Shown here: piece by piece, positions 63,977 through 64,000 of the stretch | Layout: each line of letters opens with the position of its first letter | Position numbering within the stretch: position 1 is the first letter of the stretch | Assembly: GCA_951406725.2 (NCBI GenBank) | Contig: OX597825.1 | Coordinates: 73,098,001-73,162,000 of the forward strand | Length of the DNA stretch: 64,000 nucleotides | DNA from: Octopus vulgaris | Taxonomy: Eukaryota | Direction of reading: 5' to 3' | Position numbers and translations under genes: made by a program | Notes under the pieces: generated by a model | Seen by the model: the letters and a program-made list of their open reading frames with translations, nothing else | What the model was told of the DNA's origin: nothing | Database searches by the model: none

Positions 63977-64000
63977 TGTATGTATGTATGTATGTATGTA

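Overview
Eukaryotic, AT-rich, microsatellite- and SINE-saturated genomic DNA. The SINE/LINE repertoire suggests a coleoid cephalopod, probably Octopus (inference). The only host protein-coding gene I can support is a 10-coding-exon ammonium transporter (Amt/Mep family) on the minus strand, 43548->7863. All its introns are GT-AG with matching phases; the CDS is 1941 nt (646 aa) and ends in a ~220-aa low-complexity cytoplasmic tail. The rest is decayed mobile DNA: tRNA-derived SINEs of at least 4 families, CR1/L2-, Tx1/L1-, RTE-, R4/Dong- and NeSL-like LINE fragments, mariner remnants, MITEs, and a Penelope-like RT remnant. The most striking unannotated signal is about 10 type-I hammerhead-ribozyme motifs read by eye. 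They include one fully canonical copy and two compensatory U3-A8 core variants. Most sit in or beside short AT-rich fold-back elements inserted in (TA)n/(TAA)n microsatellites, consistent with non-autonomous Penelope-like pLTR/retrozyme-type elements. Almost all other ORFs in the supplied track are microsatellite translations. Coordinates were counted by hand; repeat boundaries are approximate.
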